Positions 58,902 to 64,000 of a stretch of 64,000 nt of DNA are shown here, in pieces. A program made the position numbers and the translations under genes. Source of the DNA: Ranitomeya imitator (taxonomy: Eukaryota); the NCBI RefSeq assembly GCF_032444005.1, contig NC_091286.1:460598001-460662000 (forward strand), given 5' to 3'. How positions within the stretch are numbered: position 1 is the first letter of the stretch; each line of letters starts with the position of its first letter. The notes under the pieces were generated by a model that worked only from the letters and a program-made list of their open reading frames with translations, made no database searches and was not told the origin of the DNA.

Positions 58902-61526
58902 TTTTGCCTCACCAGGAATGTATTTTTATTTGACCACAAGTACTTACACCAGCTCAGGGGCACTGCGATGGGCAGCCCTTGTGCGCCCTCATATGCAAAT
59001 CTGCTCCTGGGCTGGTGGGAGGAAACAATGGTCTTTGGAGATGGGGCCTCTGCTCTAGATGAGAAGATTGTACTTTGGCTAAGGTACATTGACGATGTGC
59101 TGGTCATCTGGAGAGGGAGCACCTGTGAATTTGGCAACTTTGTAGAGGGGCTAAATGTCAATAACATAGGCCTACATTTTACATATGAGGCCAACGCAAC
59201 AAAGTTAGCGTTCCTGGATATCCATATAGAAAAAGATAGTAATGGGGGTATTTCCTCCAAAACCCATAGAAAAGACACAGCCACTAACTCCCTTCTTCGA
59301 TGGGAAAGTAACCACCCGGTCCCACTGAAGAGAGGGATCCCTAAGGGCCAATATTTAAGAATTCGAAGGAACTGCTCAAGTCAGATTTCTTTCCAAGAAC
59401 AGGCCAACGACCTTCGGGGCAGATTTCTGGATAGGGGCTACCCTGAGAGAGTGTTGAAAAGGGCCTATAAAGATACTGTAAAGAGAGAAAGGAAGGACTT
59501 ATTGACACCTAAGCCACAGCCAGAGAGTGACATGACCATTCGATTTATCACCAGGTATTGTAACGGGGTGAACAACATCAGAGATATCTTCCAAAAGCAT
59601 TGGCCGGTCCTGTTTATGGATAGGGACATTAAAGGGCATGTCTCCCCGCACCCTCAAATTACATACAGGAAAGAATATTATGGAATATCTTAGGCACATT
59701 TTATCCAACTTACCCCTCATTAATAGGAACTATACTAATGGGGTTTAACCCCTCATGTGTCAGAAATGTCGTGTTCTCTCTCCTATCTGTCCTAATATAG
59801 GGATCGCAGGGACAGGTAAATAGGGACAGCCGCCATTGAGTGGGGGTGCCATATGTGCAGGGCTCTCTTGAGGGTGCCAACCTCCGTGCCAGGTAGGGTT
59901 CAGGAGTGTAGTCGTGTTCGAAAGGGTGCAACAAGGAGCCTTCTTTCATCTCATTTTTATGTGTTACACCCATAGGTTGGTGGTGTCCAGTATCTTATAT
60001 AAATTATTTCCTATGAGTATCTTCTGTTTCGGCATGCCTATATCATTATGGGCTTTAATATACTCCTCCTCGTTCCCCGTTATTCCGTCACATTTGGGGA
60101 TATTATAACAATTCTGCCATTTCACATTTGGCCTCAGCGGACTAGACTGTCGTTGTCCACAATAATAGCCAGAGAAACACTGTACCATATCGGTGGGGGG
60201 ATAGGACCAGTTCTGAAAACAATCAGTCCATCCGTTTAAGCACCATGCTCCACATATATGCCCATTATATACATTTGCGCATTACCAGTGGGGCACTTAG
60301 TGCATTTGTTATAGACCCCATGAGGGTCTCAGTCTGATGACATGCAGGTATGGAGCGGACATTAGGTTTGAGCCGGGCGGCGCATGACAGTGGAGTGGAG
60401 CGCTTGCGTTCCATCTCCAGGATACTCAGCGTTCCACAGCCCGCACGATTGCTCCCATATCCTGGAAACACTTCGCGTAGCACAGGAGATGCGTCACATG
60501 CTGGGGGCGAAGCCTCAAAGACGCGCCCCCGTGCTGAGCGCTTTTAAATCACAGACGGGGCAAGATCTGTAAAGTGGCAGTCTTCACTCCCCTGATGAGT
60601 CCCAACAGAACGAAACGCGTCGGGAGATGCCACCAATGAATGAGAGGCGTGCTCATCCTTTGAGAGACACGTTAACTCTCTCCAACTGTGGGTGAGATCT
60701 AAACAGTTCTTTATGAGTACACATGTTGCAAAGCTTGCACATATTGGTGCCCGAAGGTAACGGGGCCTTAAAACAAAAGGATAATGACCACACTAATGTG
60801 ACTAATGGGGACGCTCATGATATAGGTGCATGAGGCAGCTTGGTCCCGGAATGAGCACATTACAGTGACATGTTGATTGGTCATATATCATTTGCATAGC
60901 CTCTCCTTTGCTGCTATAGATTTCTGACAGTATCCACTGTAAGGCCATGGTGTATATAGTAATTGTGGTACATTTTATATTTTCCTAGGACCGAGCATGT
61001 TCAATTTAGGTGTGCAGGATGCAGACAACAAGGGACAATTGAGTCAAGAGATTAATATTTATGACTATTGTCATGGTGTATTAGTTACAGTGCTATATGT
61101 GTGTAATGAACAAAGGAGAAAGGTGACATAGTAGGGTGGATGACTGTGGCAAAACACCCACTATACACCATCATTGTCATGATTCAACGCACATCTTTAT
61201 GGTCAGTTGGAATATAGGCACTACATACTATAGGTTTGTGCACGGCCTACAGTATATGTAATATTGGGCGTGCTTTATATAGACAGCACAAGCTAAGTTG
61301 TATGAATCACGGCCATAAGACATTTGATGGCAAAGTGATCCTATAGTACTGTCAGAGTTATTTGTTTAATATACCCCTTTCTTCCCTATTCTGTGTTTGT
61401 CAGGGTTCACTAAAGCACTAGGGTTTTTCTTCCCCAGGTCCCTTTATGTTTGTTATGTCATTTGGTGTAAATATTTTTTACATATATACCTAATAAAGGT
61501 TAAGTCTTATCCAATAGCTATTTACT
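58902..61526 (+). mobile_element. PLE duplicate copy with an internal deletion of the linker and GIY-YIG
   Basis: RT ORF 58872-59693. It jumps from ...catacaggaaag to sequence equivalent to ~50335. TSD GCCC(A/G)TGTAACCAA. Confidence 0.9.
60587..60626 (+). ncRNA. Minimal type I hammerhead ribozyme (duplicate copy)
   Basis: Identical to 51245-51284. Confidence 0.8.
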
Positions 61527-61701
61527 GCCCGTGTAACCAAGCAGTTCCAGCCAGCGTCCTTCATTCAGACTCCAACCAAAGCAAAGTGGACCTCCTGAAA
61601 CACGGGGTGGTACTGAAAGAGGTACCCCAGATTGGTAGACCCCGTTACACTGGTGGCAGACAGCGGGATGTGATACCCCTTCTACAGGAGGAAAGGAATG
61701 A

Positions 61702-63321
61702 ATGGAAAACAACTATCAGAAGTTAAAGAGGACTACATTAAAAGATCTGGTGGAAGCCCGAGGGTTAATCGCCAGCAACAAAACAAAAGCGAATTTGATA
61801 GCAGCCATCATGGAACACGACAGTGCAGCGCCCCCTAATGTGAACGTGGAGGAGACTGAATTCCAGAGGGAGTTAAAGAACAGACTGGCGTTCTATGGCC
61901 CAAACCCTGCAGTAGAGATCATACGAGAGGTGATGGCTGATGTGCGTACTGATCTGAAAGAAAAGATGGCCGAGCGGACCAGGATAGAGCTAGCCAAGAT
62001 GGAGATGGCAGAGCGGACCAAAGTGGAGCTGGCCAAGATGGAGATGGCAGAGCAGAGAGAGGAGAGTCAGCGAGCAGGGGGAGCTCTGGCCTCCGACCAG
62101 GTACCTTCAACAGTAAGCCACAAAAAGATCCAGTATAATGCCTTCCGACAGTTGGGGGAGGCAGAGGAAGACATTGATGGCTTTCTGCAGGACTTTGAGC
62201 GGCAGTGTGCCCTTCATCAAGTGAAGCCGGAGGAACGGGTTCAGATTCTGGCCAGCAAGCTGACAGGCTGGGCAGCGGACGCCTATCACACGGTACCTGA
62301 TGAGGACTGTATGGACTATGAGCGGATCAAAGAAGTGATCTTGGCCCAATATGCGCTGACACCAGAGGCATACCGTCAAAAGTTCCACGGACTTATAAAA
62401 CGAGTAACCGATACTCACACTGAATGGGCCTGTAAATTACGGCGGTCACTGCTACAGTGGGTACAAGGGAGCCAAGCAACCACTAAGGAGGACGTTCTCC
62501 AGCTGGTCTTGTTAGAACGATTCTTTAATGGACTAACCTCCGAGACACAGGAATGGCTTCGGGACAGGCGGCCAACGACTCTTGAGGAAGTCGCTCAACT
62601 GGCCGATGAACATCATGATGCCAGGAGGCCTCAGTTGTCTGGATCAAAGATGGTCACTAGGGGTCCGCCCATGGACCTGGAGGGGCCCAAACCACCGAAG
62701 ATTGTAGGGGAACCAGCTAGAAATCCAGCCTACCACAGTTCCCCTGGGGCGCGTTGCCACACCTGCAATCAGCTGGGCCACCTGCAAAGACAATGTCCCA
62801 ACTGGACTCAGCATACCCAGTGGCCAAAGGCAGGAACAGCTACCTTCAGCCGGGCCGCTGTACACTGCTACCAAGGCGAAGCTGACCCGGCATTGGGGGC
62901 TACGACTAACCAAGGGGTGGAAGAGATGGAGGAAGTGCTGCATGAAGTAGACCCTGTGCAGGCAGCTCGGGCAGATAATCGACAACAGCATCGACAGTTC
63001 GTGTGGGTTAATGGGAAACGTATGCAGGGACTAAGAGATTCAGGGGCAACTTTGACCCTTGTGAAGCCTCATCTCGTCCGGGACCAAGAGAAGACGGACC
63101 GGACAGTGGCAGTCCGTGTAGCAGGGGGAGCCATACATCGACTGCCCACTGCCAGGATTCACCTGAACTGGGGAGTCGGGGATGGCCTTTTTGAGGTCGG
63201 CTTGATGGAGGAGTTGCCTGCAGACGTCTTACTGGGAAATAACTTGGGGCCCATCTTGTCTGCCTTCTCGGTTGCCCCTCTGGCTGAGACATATCCTGTG
63301 ACCAACCGGAGACAAGCTTGA
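61702..63321 (+). CDS. Open Gag-PR portion of the Gmr1-type element (539 aa); pol continues in frame after TGA
   Basis: SAP/HeH-like N-terminus, SCAN-like domain, CHTCNQLGHLQRQC and LRDSGAT. IN motifs follow downstream in the same frame with further TGA stops. Confidence 0.85.
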   Translation: MENNYQKLKRTTLKDLVEARGLIASNKTKANLIAAIMEHDSAAPPNVNVEETEFQRELKNRLAFYGPNPAVEIIREVMADVRTDLKEKMAERTRIELAKMEMAERTKVELAKMEMAEQREESQRAGGALASDQVPSTVSHKKIQYNAFRQLGEAEEDIDGFLQDFERQCALHQVKPEERVQILASKLTGWAADAYHTVPDEDCMDYERIKEVILAQYALTPEAYRQKFHGLIKRVTDTHTEWACKLRRSLLQWVQGSQATTKEDVLQLVLLERFFNGLTSETQEWLRDRRPTTLEEVAQLADEHHDARRPQLSGSKMVTRGPPMDLEGPKPPKIVGEPARNPAYHSSPGARCHTCNQLGHLQRQCPNWTQHTQWPKAGTATFSRAAVHCYQGEADPALGATTNQGVEEMEEVLHEVDPVQAARADNRQQHRQFVWVNGKRMQGLRDSGATLTLVKPHLVRDQEKTDRTVAVRVAGGAIHRLPTARIHLNWGVGDGLFEVGLMEELPADVLLGNNLGPILSAFSVAPLAETYPVTNRRQA

Positions 63322-64000
63322 GTTGCGGAGGCGGAATCACACTCAGAGGAGACCCAGGTAAGACATCCCAGCCCTACACGTATTTCCATAGCCAGACACA
63401 TTTCTTGGGCCACCCCAGATGAATTTAAGAAGGAGTTACTTGAGGATCCTTCATTGGAGGGATATCGTGGGAAGGCACAGGAGGGGAGAGGGGTACTGGA
63501 AGGGGAACAGTTTATATGGAAGCAGGGACTCCTCTACCGGATCACGGAGCAGCACCATACAGGGACGAGGCTCACTGTAAAATGACAGCTGGTAGTTCCC
63601 AAGAAGTATAAGCAGGAGTTACTGCAAATCTCTCATGACATACCCTTGGCCGGGCACTTCGGCATCAGTCGCACCAGGCATCGTCTGACACAAAACTTCT
63701 TTTGGCCGGGGGTAACCTATGATGTTCGTCAGTACTGCCAGACCTGTGACAGTTGCCAGCGCATTGGCAAGAGGGGAGATCGATGCAAGGCCAAATTACG
63801 CCCCCTCCCCATTGTGGAGGAACCATTTAGCCGAGTTGCGGTCGATCTGATAGGGCCGTTAGCCAAACCCAGTCTATCAGGGAAAAGGTATACATTGACA
63901 GTGGTAGATTATGCCAAACGGTATCCAGAGGCAGTTGCGTTACCTAACATACTGGCAGAGACGGTGGCGGCTGCCCTGCTCCAGGTTTTCTCATGGGTTG

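Larger units (their letters stand above)
57857..64000 (+). repeat. Second copy of the 44647-onward segment (tandem period ~13.2 kb)
   Basis: ttttataaaaattg at 57857 matches 44647. The same Tc1/LTR/PLE junctions and TSDs recur, with scattered SNPs and indels. Confidence 0.95.
58565..64000 (+). mobile_element. Gmr1-type Gypsy, duplicate copy (runs off the window)
   Basis: 5' LTR 58565-61649 with the PLE insert, followed by PBS, gag-PR and the start of IN. Confidence 0.93.

Noticed and set aside
63319-63321. TGA after PR as a programmed read-through site
   Set aside because: Further in-frame TGAs follow (e.g. ~63582), and they are best explained as CGA-to-TGA CpG decay.

Overview
This is eukaryotic vertebrate DNA, most likely from a frog (inferred from the TE repertoire). 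It consists almost entirely of nested transposable elements, and I found no host protein-coding exon, rRNA, tRNA gene or CRISPR array that I can support. DNA transposons: five Tc1/mariner families (one copy intact, DD34E), hAT remnants and MITEs, PIF/Harbinger-type MITEs, and an ~11 kb non-autonomous piggyBac-like element (30930-41925). That element carries a ~387-bp tandem array, telomere-like repeats and a duplicated multi-hairpin module. Retroelements: CR1 and L2 LINEs, a V-SINE-like SINE, two decayed and one intact Tf1/sushi-type chromovirus (Gypsy), two nested solo LTRs, a Gmr1-type Gypsy with PR-IN-RT-RH order, and several Penelope-like elements (PLEs) with hammerhead-ribozyme motifs. 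From 44647 onward a ~13.2-kb unit is tandemly repeated, and the second copy runs off the window. The best leads are a tRNA-less self-priming signature in the intact chromovirus, minimal hammerheads, a covarying four-hairpin module, two long near-perfect palindromes, and a SAP/HeH-like N-terminus on a SCAN-containing Gag. None is demonstrated to be a new system. All coordinates and alignments were done by eye.
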